From Pseudomonadota bacterium (lineage in GTDB: Bacteria > Bdellovibrionota_B > Oligoflexia > Oligoflexales > CAIMVM01), in NCBI GenBank assembly GCA_037142195.1, contig JBAXBA010000024.1:1-46024 (forward strand): a DNA stretch of 46,024 nt, written 5' to 3'. A program made the position numbers and the translations under genes. This document shows, in pieces, positions 9,833 to 19,014 of the stretch; the stretch's first letter is position 1, and every line of letters begins with the position of its first letter. A model generated the notes under the pieces. The model was not told where the DNA came from. It made no database searches and saw only the letters and a list, made by a program, of their open reading frames with translations.

Positions 9833-10864
9833 GTGAGATTTAAAAATGTTTGCATTGAATCCTTGGGCTATCACTTACCTGAGGAAGTGATCACATCAGA
9901 GTCCATTGAAAGACAATTAGAATCAACTTATGGATTGTTAGGCCTAGAACTAGGAAAGTTGGAAGCGATTTCTGGAATCCGATCGAGACGACTTTGGCCT
10001 AAAGGAACCCTCCCTAGTGATGTCGCAGCAGAAGCAGGAAGATCGGCGATTGCCAAGGCCGGAGCCGAAAAAATGGAAATCGGTGCTTTGATACATGCGG
10101 GCATTTGTCGTGATTATTTAGAGCCCTCTACGGCTACGATCGTTCATAATAAATTGGAACTGGACTCCCATTGCCATGTGTTTGATGTTTCGAATGCTTG
10201 TCTAGGGTTTATGAACGGGATGATTTTAGGCGCAAGTATGATTGAACTAGGACAGGTCGATACGGTATTGATCGTATCGGGTGAAAACCCAGCTCCTATT
10301 TATGAAGATACCATTCGTTTTTTAAGTGAAAAACAGCACCAAACAGAAGAGAATTTTCGCACCTCACTTGCGAGCTTCACTCTAGGAGCTGGGGCTGTAG
10401 CAGCCGTGCTTACTTCCAAGCGTAAGTCGAAAAAAGGTCATCAGTTTTTAGGGGGAGTGGTGCAAACGGATTCCTCTGCCAATGAGTATTGCAGAGCCAT
10501 CGGCGACAATCATAATCAAATCATGAAAACGAATACTAGGGAATTGATGCGCTCAGGAATTGCCCTTTGTTCCGTAACTTGGGAGCTCTTTACAAGAGAG
10601 CTGAATTGGAAATCAGAAGAAGTAGCTCACTTTGTGACGCATCAGGTTTCTAGCCAACATCAACAAAAACTTTTTGAAGCTCTTAAATTAGATCGCACTA
10701 AAGACTTTTCGACGTTTTCCGAATTAGGAAATACAGGTTCTGTGGCAGCTCCCTTAACTCTAGCCTTTTTAGAAGAGTCAGGACGACTTAACAGCGGTGA
10801 TCAGATCGCCATGTTAGGAGTAGGCTCGGGCTTAAATAGCATTATGATGGGAGTGCAGTGGTGA
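9833..10864 (+). CDS. oleA: OleA-type FabH-like thiolase (head-to-head fatty acyl condensing enzyme)
   Basis: FabH/KASIII fold: IESLGYHLPEE, active-site Cys context VSNACLGF, C-terminal GSGLN. It is followed directly by an alpha/beta-hydrolase, an AMP-ligase and an SDR gene, the ole arrangement. GTG start with GAGGT RBS. Confidence 0.7.
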   Translation: MRFKNVCIESLGYHLPEEVITSESIERQLESTYGLLGLELGKLEAISGIRSRRLWPKGTLPSDVAAEAGRSAIAKAGAEKMEIGALIHAGICRDYLEPSTATIVHNKLELDSHCHVFDVSNACLGFMNGMILGASMIELGQVDTVLIVSGENPAPIYEDTIRFLSEKQHQTEENFRTSLASFTLGAGAVAAVLTSKRKSKKGHQFLGGVVQTDSSANEYCRAIGDNHNQIMKTNTRELMRSGIALCSVTWELFTRELNWKSEEVAHFVTHQVSSQHQQKLFEALKLDRTKDFSTFSELGNTGSVAAPLTLAFLEESGRLNSGDQIAMLGVGSGLNSIMMGVQW

Positions 10865-11751
10865 TCGATGCTCTCAGGGAAGTCTATCCCTGGAAATCTC
10901 ACTTCACCGAAGTGCCTGAAATCAGTCCCAGGGCCCAACATTATATTGATGAGGGCGAAGGTGAACCTATTGTCATGTTACATGGGAATCCCACGTGGAG
11001 TTTCTATTATCGCGACCTGATTCGGCATTTTTCAAAAAACTACCGTGTCATTGCTCCTGATCATATCGGCAGCGGACTTTCTGAAAAACCTGAAGATTGG
11101 AGCTATAGGCTCGAAGATCACATTCAAAATATCATCCGCCTAGTTGATCGACTATCCCTGAAAAATATTACTCTTGTGGTTCATGATTGGGGTGGGGCGA
11201 TTGGGCTTGGATTTGCTACAAGACGACCTGAGCTTGTCAGAAGACTGGTGATTTTAAATACGGGAGCATTTTATCTCCCGGATATTCCTAAACGGATCAA
11301 GTTTTGTCGACTTCCCATTGTCGGCAAGTGGTTTGTGAGACAACTCAATGGATTTGCTTGGCCGGCGACTTGGATGGCAACAGCCAAGGGTCTTCCCCCC
11401 CTTGTCAAACAAGGTTACCTTCTGCCGTATAACAATTACGCCAATCGTGTCGGCGTGTCGGCATTCGTTCGAGATATTCCCCTCGAGCCTCATCATCCGA
11501 CTCTAAACACGATTTTAAAGATTGAAAAAGATCTGGCGAAACTGAAAATACCAACTCTCATTCTTTGGGGAGCTAAAGATTTTTGCTTTCATAAAGCATT
11601 TTTTGATCGTTGGATAGAGATCTATCCCGAGGCTAAGACAGTTTGGATAGAGGATGCGGGACATTATATTTTGGAAGACGCGCGAGATCAGGTCATCCAA
11701 GAAATTTCCCAATTTCTAGATCATCATCCCTTAGCTTCCCAAGTTCATTAA
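10858..11751 (+). CDS. oleB: OleB-type alpha/beta-hydrolase (haloalkane-dehalogenase-like)
   Basis: MLHGNPTWSFYYR...HDWGG nucleophile elbow and the overall haloalkane dehalogenase-like layout. GTG start overlaps the oleA stop by 7 nt. Confidence 0.7.
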   Translation: MVIDALREVYPWKSHFTEVPEISPRAQHYIDEGEGEPIVMLHGNPTWSFYYRDLIRHFSKNYRVIAPDHIGSGLSEKPEDWSYRLEDHIQNIIRLVDRLSLKNITLVVHDWGGAIGLGFATRRPELVRRLVILNTGAFYLPDIPKRIKFCRLPIVGKWFVRQLNGFAWPATWMATAKGLPPLVKQGYLLPYNNYANRVGVSAFVRDIPLEPHHPTLNTILKIEKDLAKLKIPTLILWGAKDFCFHKAFFDRWIEIYPEAKTVWIEDAGHYILEDARDQVIQEISQFLDHHPLASQVH

Positions 11752-11784
11752 AAAACTAAGACTTCTTTTCCTGGGGCAGTTTCT

Positions 11785-13572
11785 ATGGCTCTTGATGTAA
11801 GTGAAAACGTACCAATGGAACGTCTAGCGAAGAAGGACATACTAGGCTCCGGCTTGGGCGTCAGGAATATTGCTTCCTTAATCGATGCTCAGTGCCAGGA
11901 TCATCCCGAAACCATTGCCGTTTCCGCAAAGGGTTCCTCTTCTTGGGACCGCTCACCCCGAGAGAAAGGCTCTCAAGCCACTGATACGTCTTGGGAGCAT
12001 TTGAGCTATGGTGATTTAAAAGTAAAGTCAGACCATTTAGCGGCGCGTCTCAGGGGTTTGGGGTTTCAACGAGGGATGCGGACACTCCTTTTTGTGCGTC
12101 CCGGCCTAGATTTTCCAGTCCTGGTCACAGCACTTTTTAAAATCGGGGTGACATTAGTTCTTATCGATCCAGGAATGGGCAGAAAGAATCTTCTCAAAGC
12201 AATTTCCGAAGTGAAACCGGAAGCTATGATCGCTGTTTCTGAAGTGTTTCTCGCTTCCTTCCTGTTTCGTCGAAGGTTTTCCACCGTAAAATTAGCGGTC
12301 GTCGTTAAGGATCGTTGGTCTTTAGGGAGTATGTTTGCAGGTTCTGCTACGGACTTAAAAACGCTCCTGTTAGCTCCCGGAGAGAAAGCTCTTGGTTTTG
12401 AATCTCTCCATCCTCGTTCTGAGGAAACTTGCGCGATTTTGTTTACCTCGGGAGGTACGGGCATTCCTAAAGGAGTGATGTACACCCACGGTATTTTTTT
12501 AAGACAAGTGGAGCTGATTCAGCAAATGTACGGCGTTGGAAAGCAGGATGTAGATATGCCTTGCTTTCCCCTGTTTGCTTTGTTTTCGTTGGCGCTTGGA
12601 GCCCGCGTGATCGTACCTGAGCTCGACCCCACAAGGCCAGCAGCTGCTGACCCCAAAAAACTTATTCAGACGATTGGGGAATTTGGGGTTACCTTTGCGG
12701 GAGGCTCTCCGGCCATTTGGAGCAAAGTCGCAAGTTATGCCCTTTCCAAGTCTCTATCCCTTCCAAGTCTAAGGTCTTTGATGATGTTTGGGGCTCCCGT
12801 TCGCTACCATATACATGACCAGTTTTCTAAAATTTTGCCAAACGGCACGACCTACACTCCCTATGGAGCCACCGAATGTTTACCTGTGGCGAGCATTTCG
12901 GGGCGTGAAATTATCGAGGAACACCTAAAAGATAGAGCCAGCGAGGGTACCTGCGTGGGAGAGCCGGTTCCTGGGCTTGAGGTCAAAATCATTCGGGCTA
13001 GCTCCAAACCGTTGGCAAATGTGGACGACGTCGAATTTCTTCCTTCAGGCGAGATAGGGGAAATCATTTGCAAAGGCCCTCAAGTCACAAGCTCTTACTT
13101 TGAAAGACCTGAAGCTAATGCTAAAGCTAAAATCAAAGAGGGGAGTCAGGTTTGGCATAGAATGGGAGATATGGGTTGGTTGGATGTTGAGGGAAGGCTT
13201 TGGTTTTGTGGACGACAAGCTTATTCCTTTTCTTACAAGGGTACCATGTTTTACTCTGTTCTTGTGGAAGCACCCTTTAATCGTCACCCAGAGATCTTTC
13301 GCACAGCTCTCATTTCCCTTGAAACGAAGGACGGTATTCGGCCAGCTCTTGCCATTGAACGCCATGATCAGCAAGTCTCTCTTAAGAGTTCTAAACGACA
13401 GGAATTTCTGGCTCAGCTTCATGTGCTAGGTCAAACCAGCGCGGAAGCGTCTGTTATCGAAGACTTCTTTTTAGTAAAGTCATTCCCTGTGGACGTCAGA
13501 CATAATATTAAAATTGATAGAACGCGGCTTGGAAAAGAGCTCAGCAGAACCCGAAAAGGATACCTCCCATGA
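11785..13572 (+). CDS. oleC: OleC-type AMP-dependent synthetase/ligase
   Basis: AMP-binding motif TSGGTGIPKGVMYTHG; 595 aa; later GEIGEI..KG motif. Confidence 0.7.
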   Translation: MALDVSENVPMERLAKKDILGSGLGVRNIASLIDAQCQDHPETIAVSAKGSSSWDRSPREKGSQATDTSWEHLSYGDLKVKSDHLAARLRGLGFQRGMRTLLFVRPGLDFPVLVTALFKIGVTLVLIDPGMGRKNLLKAISEVKPEAMIAVSEVFLASFLFRRRFSTVKLAVVVKDRWSLGSMFAGSATDLKTLLLAPGEKALGFESLHPRSEETCAILFTSGGTGIPKGVMYTHGIFLRQVELIQQMYGVGKQDVDMPCFPLFALFSLALGARVIVPELDPTRPAAADPKKLIQTIGEFGVTFAGGSPAIWSKVASYALSKSLSLPSLRSLMMFGAPVRYHIHDQFSKILPNGTTYTPYGATECLPVASISGREIIEEHLKDRASEGTCVGEPVPGLEVKIIRASSKPLANVDDVEFLPSGEIGEIICKGPQVTSSYFERPEANAKAKIKEGSQVWHRMGDMGWLDVEGRLWFCGRQAYSFSYKGTMFYSVLVEAPFNRHPEIFRTALISLETKDGIRPALAIERHDQQVSLKSSKRQEFLAQLHVLGQTSAEASVIEDFFLVKSFPVDVRHNIKIDRTRLGKELSRTRKGYLP

Positions 13573-14567
13573 AAACTATTTTAGTAACTGGAGGCGGCGG
13601 ATTTTTAGGAACTGCCATTGTAAAAGACTTGCTTGCCCATGGTTACCAGGTGCGCTCTTTTTCGCGAAAAACTTATGCACATCTTGAGGCCATGGGAGTC
13701 CTGTGCGTTACAGGCGATATTTCTAAATTATCCGACGTAGAGGCAGCGGTTAAGGGCGTCGATGCTGTTATTCATTCCGCAGCATTAGCCTCAGTTTGGG
13801 GGCGCTATGAAGCCTTCTACAAAGCGAATGTCCTTGGTACGCGCCATGTCATCAATGCCATGAAGTCCTTTGGTGTGAAACACTTAATCTATACATCTTC
13901 TCCTTCCATCGTGTTTGATGGGGAGTCGATCGAAGGAGCGGACGAGAGCCTACCGTATGCTCGCAAAGATCTGGCGTTCTATCCAGCGACTAAAAAAATA
14001 GCTGAAAAAGAGGTGAGAGAGGCCATTAGTCCTGACTTTATGGCAGTCTGCCTTCGTCCCCATTTAATTTGGGGTCCCCATGATCCGCATTTCTTTCCTC
14101 GATTAAAAGAAAAAGCACTAGCAGGGAAGTTAAAGCAAGTGGGTGACGGCACCAATCGCGTCGATAACATTTATGTGGAAAATGCAGCTCGGGCACATAG
14201 ACAAGCTTTGGAAGCCTTATTTTTAAAGCCTCAAATCAGTGGGCGCGCGTATTTTTTAGGACAAGAGACCGAACGCCTATGTTGGGATTTTGTGGGAGAT
14301 CTTGTCGGTGCTGCGGGAGCAAAACCAGTTTCTGGTAAGGTGCCACTCTGGCTTGCTTATGGTTTAGGAGCGGTATTAGAGTTTTTCTATGGTTTGTTTA
14401 GGGTTTTTGATTCTGAACCCCCAATGACTCGATTTATGGCTCTACAACTAGCAAAAAGTCATTACTTCTCTCACGCCAATGCCCATAAAGATTTCGGCTA
14501 TGTTCCCCTTGTGAGCTATGAAGAAGGCATGAAGGCTTTAAGAGACTGGGCTTTGCCTAAAGTTTAA
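13569..14567 (+). CDS. oleD: OleD-type NAD(P)-dependent 3-beta-HSD/epimerase-family reductase
   Basis: Rossmann motif ILVTGGGGFLG and the SDR extended-family layout. ATGA 4-nt overlap with the oleC stop. Confidence 0.7.
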   Translation: MKTILVTGGGGFLGTAIVKDLLAHGYQVRSFSRKTYAHLEAMGVLCVTGDISKLSDVEAAVKGVDAVIHSAALASVWGRYEAFYKANVLGTRHVINAMKSFGVKHLIYTSSPSIVFDGESIEGADESLPYARKDLAFYPATKKIAEKEVREAISPDFMAVCLRPHLIWGPHDPHFFPRLKEKALAGKLKQVGDGTNRVDNIYVENAARAHRQALEALFLKPQISGRAYFLGQETERLCWDFVGDLVGAAGAKPVSGKVPLWLAYGLGAVLEFFYGLFRVFDSEPPMTRFMALQLAKSHYFSHANAHKDFGYVPLVSYEEGMKALRDWALPKV

Positions 14568-14788
14568 AGCTTTAATTGATCGTCATAAATTTCTAGATTT
14601 TGGATTTCTATTAAGCACGCACAGCCCGTTAAAGGGAATCCAGAGCTCTCGCAGAAAGAGTTTCTCATCAAGGACTCTTTATTTGAAGATTGCGCTCCGA
14701 CTCACTCTTCTTCAAGATTTATGGATTTACAAGATTCTTGACTTGAGATTTTTTAAAATAGTAATCAGAAAGAAGCTCTGTAAAACTT

Positions 14789-15118
14789 TTACGAAGGCAA
14801 ACCATCCGATTTCTTTTTCTGATAAAACACCACACCGACGCGTTCGATGTGTGCGCGCTGCTCTTTGTGATTGAGATGGGTATAGTCCACGATGTCAAAC
14901 AAATAGGGCATTTTGCTCTCATTTTCAAGCAAAGCATGAACTCTACTCACAACATCAAAACTTACGTTGCAACCCATGAGAGCGATGTCGACATCAGAAC
15001 CCTCGCGGTAACTGTTTTTAGCCCGTGAGCCAAAAATCCTAGCCTCATCGATCTCGGGAAACTGCATCAATATCGATATGATTTCCAAAATATCTGAGGG
15101 TCTCAGGCCGAACTTCAT
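14789..15118 (-). CDS. Minimal nucleotidyltransferase (MNT, HI0073-like antitoxin-type) of a HEPN/MNT pair
   Basis: The GSxAxG...SDxD motif is read as FGSRAKNSYREGSDVDIAL. Start is set at the ATG at 15118 (MKFGLRP), which forms an ATGA overlap with the stop of the upstream HEPN gene. Confidence 0.75.
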   Translation of the reverse strand: MKFGLRPSDILEIISILMQFPEIDEARIFGSRAKNSYREGSDVDIALMGCNVSFDVVSRVHALLENESKMPYLFDIVDYTHLNHKEQRAHIERVGVVFYQKKKSDGLPS

Positions 15119-15516
15119 GGAAGCATCATCAAGTGTTTGCATGCAGCATCCAACATCGGATAGTAATTGTTTTTAATCAGCTGCTCAGCCAAACTGGCGT
15201 AGTTTTCATTGTAGGAATGTGCAAAAATATTCCTCTTTTCTAATGCGTCTATCCAGTCGTGACCATTTTTGATAATTCCCGATTGGAATGCGAGTTGGAT
15301 TGCATTACGGGGGCTTTGAACGGTTTGCCCGCCGTCTTCCAAATAATCTTTAAATGTCTTCCAAGCCAGCTCAAAGGTGTATTCAAAGCACTGAATAAGT
15401 CCTTGTCTTTCGAATTTATTGAGGCTTTCTTTAGCAATAAACTCTGACAGCTGACCCATCGCAAGTTGGTAGTTCGCTAATCTTTGCTTCCAGCGGATAT
15501 ACGGCGTCATGGGCAA
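15115..15516 (-). CDS. HI0074-family nucleotidyltransferase substrate-binding (HEPN) protein
   Basis: 133 aa; HEPN R-x4-H motif in RNIFAHSY; overall resemblance to the HI0074/TIGR01987 family; translationally coupled to the MNT gene. Confidence 0.7.
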   Translation of the reverse strand: MPMTPYIRWKQRLANYQLAMGQLSEFIAKESLNKFERQGLIQCFEYTFELAWKTFKDYLEDGGQTVQSPRNAIQLAFQSGIIKNGHDWIDALEKRNIFAHSYNENYASLAEQLIKNNYYPMLDAACKHLMMLP

Positions 15517-15932
15517 ATCCTTTCAAGGAACATTTAATAAATTTCGACAAATACATTCTAGACCTAAAGAATTTTCTCAACAACAAGGAGAGTGCTGCGA
15601 GTACCCAAAAATCCGATATAACAGGGAATCTAAAGCGCTGATTTTAGTCAATGATTGCATATTGTAATCATGGAGTGACTCTCACTTCGGGGTGTGGCGG
15701 GGCTAGTGAACCTACCGGTGAATAATAACCTTGCTCTATGGCTTAGTGAAGAAAGCATTCGGCTGTTGGGAAATAGCATGGTTTAAGAGCGTAAAGTACA
15801 ACTTCCTAAAACTAGGCTTGAATGTCTATTTCCTAGAAAAATCCACAAAACACCTAAAGATCTGATTTTCTTGCAGCCTTTATTTTTATTCCATCCTACC
15901 GATATACAGGGCTGAGCGAGGAGATATAGAGA

Positions 15933-16814
15933 ATGTTTTTAAAATCAGTTTCATTCATCGTGCTCCTACAATTGACTGCGCTTTCTAGGTTGAGTTACGC
16001 AGCTGATTTGCCTCCAAGCGTGGATGATGTTAAAGCTCTCAAAAAAGGAGAGTCTGGAAGTAATTTGCCAAAAGAGGCCCAAGAAAAACAGCCCATGGCC
16101 CAATCTGAAGTCCTTCCCGGAAAAGAGCAGGTTGTGTCGCCTTCTGAAGTCAAACCTTCCGCAACCGAACAGGAAGCCCAAGGAAACGTAAAACCAGGTG
16201 AGTCTAAGGCAGATGAAGATCTGAAGACAAAAGATGCGCCCATAAACGCCCTAGGGAACGTGATATCTGAAAAAGATGAATCCATGAGTGCTAAAATCAA
16301 AGAATGGTCCAAAAAAGCGGGAGAATTCTACCAGACGTTTGAAGAATATATGGGCTGGGATGAATCTACTCGTCTTAAAAAACTGGATGATGGATGTAGA
16401 TCCAACGCAGCTTTAGCCTGTTTCGAATTAGCTGAAACTAGACAGCGGGAAGGTAAAACATTTGAGGCTGAGACCTGGTATCAACTGGCCTGTAGCTTGC
16501 AACATAGTCCCTCCTGTGATCGCTACAAGCGCCTCGCCGCAAAGAGGGAGTCTTATGAAGAGAGGCTCAGGGGGGAGCGTTTGGAGATTGAAAGCCTTTG
16601 TGAAAGTGGACGCGCTGCCAGTTGTGCCAAAGCCGCTTATATCGCGAAATATTTCGGTGAGCGTTCTCTTGCGGAATCGCTCAATTTAAAGTCCTGTGAT
16701 TTAGGCTATCCAGCGGGATGCTTGCAGGTTTCTAAAAGTGAAATGGAAAAAGGAAATCTTGAAGCTTCTAAAGAATTTGAGAAAAAAGGACGCTCTCTCT
16801 TAAATAGTCACTAG
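15933..16814 (+). CDS. Secreted cysteine-rich protein (possible Sel1/TPR-like repeats)
   Basis: Signal peptide MFLKSVSFIVLLQLTALSRLSYA; acidic low-complexity N-terminal part; C-terminal Cys-containing repeats (ACFELAE..., SCDRYKRLA..., SCAKAAY..., GCLQVSK). RBS GGAG upstream. Confidence 0.5.
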   Translation: MFLKSVSFIVLLQLTALSRLSYAADLPPSVDDVKALKKGESGSNLPKEAQEKQPMAQSEVLPGKEQVVSPSEVKPSATEQEAQGNVKPGESKADEDLKTKDAPINALGNVISEKDESMSAKIKEWSKKAGEFYQTFEEYMGWDESTRLKKLDDGCRSNAALACFELAETRQREGKTFEAETWYQLACSLQHSPSCDRYKRLAAKRESYEERLRGERLEIESLCESGRAASCAKAAYIAKYFGERSLAESLNLKSCDLGYPAGCLQVSKSEMEKGNLEASKEFEKKGRSLLNSH

Positions 16815-16947
16815 AATTTAACCATCCTCAAAAAAAACATGGAACATAGGTTTTGCTTGACCAAGGGATCTCGCTTTCAAGGACTCACTTTTGCATGAGT
16901 CCCTAGGTCAAGATTTTAAAATGATGAGCGAAGTTCATTCGAAAAAA

Positions 16948-16987
16948 GAAGACGAAAGAAGACGAAAGAAGACGAAAGAAGCCGTGG
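16948..16987. repeat. Tandem decamer repeat (gaagacgaaa) x3 plus a partial fourth unit, intergenic between convergent genes
   Basis: gaagacgaaagaagacgaaagaagacgaaagaagccgtgg is read directly. Confidence 0.7.
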
Positions 16988-17019
16988 AAACTATCTTTTA
17001 GCACTATTTAACTTGGATT

Positions 17020-18138
17020 CTACCAGCGTTCCAGACACTTCATGTCCTTTACGACGGAAAACTCAAGTCCTTTTTCTGGCGATATACTTCTGTATTCGGT
17101 GTCGATATTGCGTTTGAAAACCCTTGTGCCATCGGGCTTAGAGGGGAGCTCGCGAAAGCTACGCCAATCCCAAGTCACTAACGACTTAACGCCTCCATCA
17201 ATATAGGCATTTCGAAAATGACATGCCTTTAAGTAGGGATTGCCGCCTCCGGTAGGTCCGACAAAAAGATCTAAGCGATCATTTAAAATAGCACCCCCAA
17301 TATCTTTGGCACAAATATAGCCGTCATGGATGGCTCCGTTGGGCAGTGTGATGCCCTGAAGCTTTGGAACAAAAAGAAGGGTGCCTGCAAATCTCTTGGT
17401 CACGACCGCGCGTCCTCCAGAACAGTCCCCCAGTTTGGCTTCTCGGCACAGCCACTCGAAGTCTACTGCGGCACTGCGAAAGGGATATAAATAGTGACCG
17501 CTGACGCCAAGACCATAAGTGTTTTGGGGGAGTATTTTATAGGTCCAGCCGTTTGTGCCGTGCACAGCTACATTTAATATTTTTCCATCGCTGAGTACCC
17601 CGGTTCCTTCAAGGTCCAGATCATCCCGAAAGGACTTCGTTACCGTTGCGATCAAGTTGCCGGATTCTGCGTCTATAAGTCGTTCTGACTTGTTTCCCTC
17701 ATGAAGGGATTCATCCGCTATGGTGTAGAAGGTCGTAAAAAAAGTTCCGCCAGGAATCTTTTGATCAAATCCTGAGCTCCGCCCTGTCATTGTCTGGAGC
17801 GAGGGAAAGGGAACGGCTTTAATTTGATCCGTATTGGGGCAGCTATCGGAGGGCCAATAGATGGGTAGCACATCTTCTCGTGACATAGAACAAGAGGCGC
17901 CGTCTCCCGCATCTAGTTCAATCTTAGATAAGCCCATTTTAACGTCATCTTGGCCTGAGGTACCCGCAATCGGCATGCCGTGAAAAAACTTCTTAACGAC
18001 TTTACCAGTGTTGTCTGTGCAGTCACATCCCAAAGGACTTTCTGGACAAAGGATCTTATAGTTTTTAGAAAAGTAATCGGAATTGACTCCGAAGGAGACC
18101 GTAGAAAGTAAACTTAAGGCAGCAGTTAGAATTTTCAA
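17020..18138 (-). CDS. Secreted protein with C-terminal 3D (MltA-like) domain
   Basis: Signal peptide MKILTAALSLLSTVSFG. The C-terminal SAAVD...AKDIGGAI...RLDLFVG matches the three conserved Asp of 3D domains. Cys-rich N-terminal part. Confidence 0.5.
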   Translation of the reverse strand: MKILTAALSLLSTVSFGVNSDYFSKNYKILCPESPLGCDCTDNTGKVVKKFFHGMPIAGTSGQDDVKMGLSKIELDAGDGASCSMSREDVLPIYWPSDSCPNTDQIKAVPFPSLQTMTGRSSGFDQKIPGGTFFTTFYTIADESLHEGNKSERLIDAESGNLIATVTKSFRDDLDLEGTGVLSDGKILNVAVHGTNGWTYKILPQNTYGLGVSGHYLYPFRSAAVDFEWLCREAKLGDCSGGRAVVTKRFAGTLLFVPKLQGITLPNGAIHDGYICAKDIGGAILNDRLDLFVGPTGGGNPYLKACHFRNAYIDGGVKSLVTWDWRSFRELPSKPDGTRVFKRNIDTEYRSISPEKGLEFSVVKDMKCLERW

Positions 18139-18168
18139 GTGAGCTCCTGTAAAATATTTTTGACTTCT

Positions 18169-18708
18169 CTAATTTCCTAGTTTTTTACCCATAAACAACA
18201 ACGCAGCTTCTTTGTAATGCCTTTCCACTTCCTCTGAAAATCCATTTTTGCTGTAAAAACTTCTATTGCGCGCATTTGGCGAAGTAAGTAGATGCAGCCC
18301 CGAGATGTTTTTTTGTCGAAGCTCACCCTCTAAATGTTGGATGAGCACACTTCCTAGACCTTTTCCCCGTGCCTCTGCAGATAAATTAATATGCAAATGA
18401 GCAGGGTACTGCTCATAAAAATCCCTGAAAATCTCTAGAGAAGGATTTAGGCTGAGGAGATCTGGTGCGTTTTTCGTATCAGGGCAACAAGCAATATAGC
18501 CCAAAATTTTATTTTTGGACGTACCCGCTACGGGCGAGATTTCTTCTGCTACAAAAAAAAGATTTCGGTGGTTTTCTAAGTACCAGCCAAGATATTTCCA
18601 CTCAAATTTTTTCTTAACTTCTTCACTGGAAAAAACTTGAACGGCCGAAGTCTCATAGAAAATACTTCGGACTTGCTCAAAATCCATCGATGTGATGGCT
18701 CGTATCAT
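18169..18708 (-). CDS. GNAT-family N-acetyltransferase
   Basis: Acetyl-CoA-binding motif RGKGLGSVLIQHL...NARNRSFYSKNGF; 179 aa. Confidence 0.8.
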   Translation of the reverse strand: MIRAITSMDFEQVRSIFYETSAVQVFSSEEVKKKFEWKYLGWYLENHRNLFFVAEEISPVAGTSKNKILGYIACCPDTKNAPDLLSLNPSLEIFRDFYEQYPAHLHINLSAEARGKGLGSVLIQHLEGELRQKNISGLHLLTSPNARNRSFYSKNGFSEEVERHYKEAALLFMGKKLGN

Positions 18709-19014
18709 TTAGACTCGATCTTCAGGTTAATGTTGATGTATTTTAACACCCCCGCAGGAAAAGCATCAAGTGTTAGTTGGCGAGTCTCTGAAATAAGCCC
18801 AAGCTGCACGGTATAGTGATTGCGCCTGCCAAGTGTAAGAACAGCAAAACCACCTATTATTTTCAAAAACGGGATGGTCTTTGTATCATTCTCAGATGTC
18901 ACGCCAAGGCGAGACAAGAAAGAGAAGGCAGCTACCTTCTCTTTTTCAAAAATTCTTTCTCATCCTCCTTTCAGGGAATGAGTCTTAGTCTATGTCGCTT
19001 CTTGGGCCAGAAAG

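Noticed and set aside
14568-14790. Possible intrinsic terminator after oleD (aaagagt...actcttt)
   Set aside because: The stem is only 7 bp with a 14-nt loop and no clear T-run; too weak to call.
15517-15932. Possible small RNA or tRNA in the 415-bp spacer upstream of the HEPN/MNT pair
   Set aside because: No tRNA-like conserved arms and no convincing hairpin plus T-run; most likely promoter space for two divergent transcription units.
16935-16990. Possible CRISPR array
   Set aside because: Only about 3.5 units of a 10-bp repeat with no spacers; no cas genes in the window.
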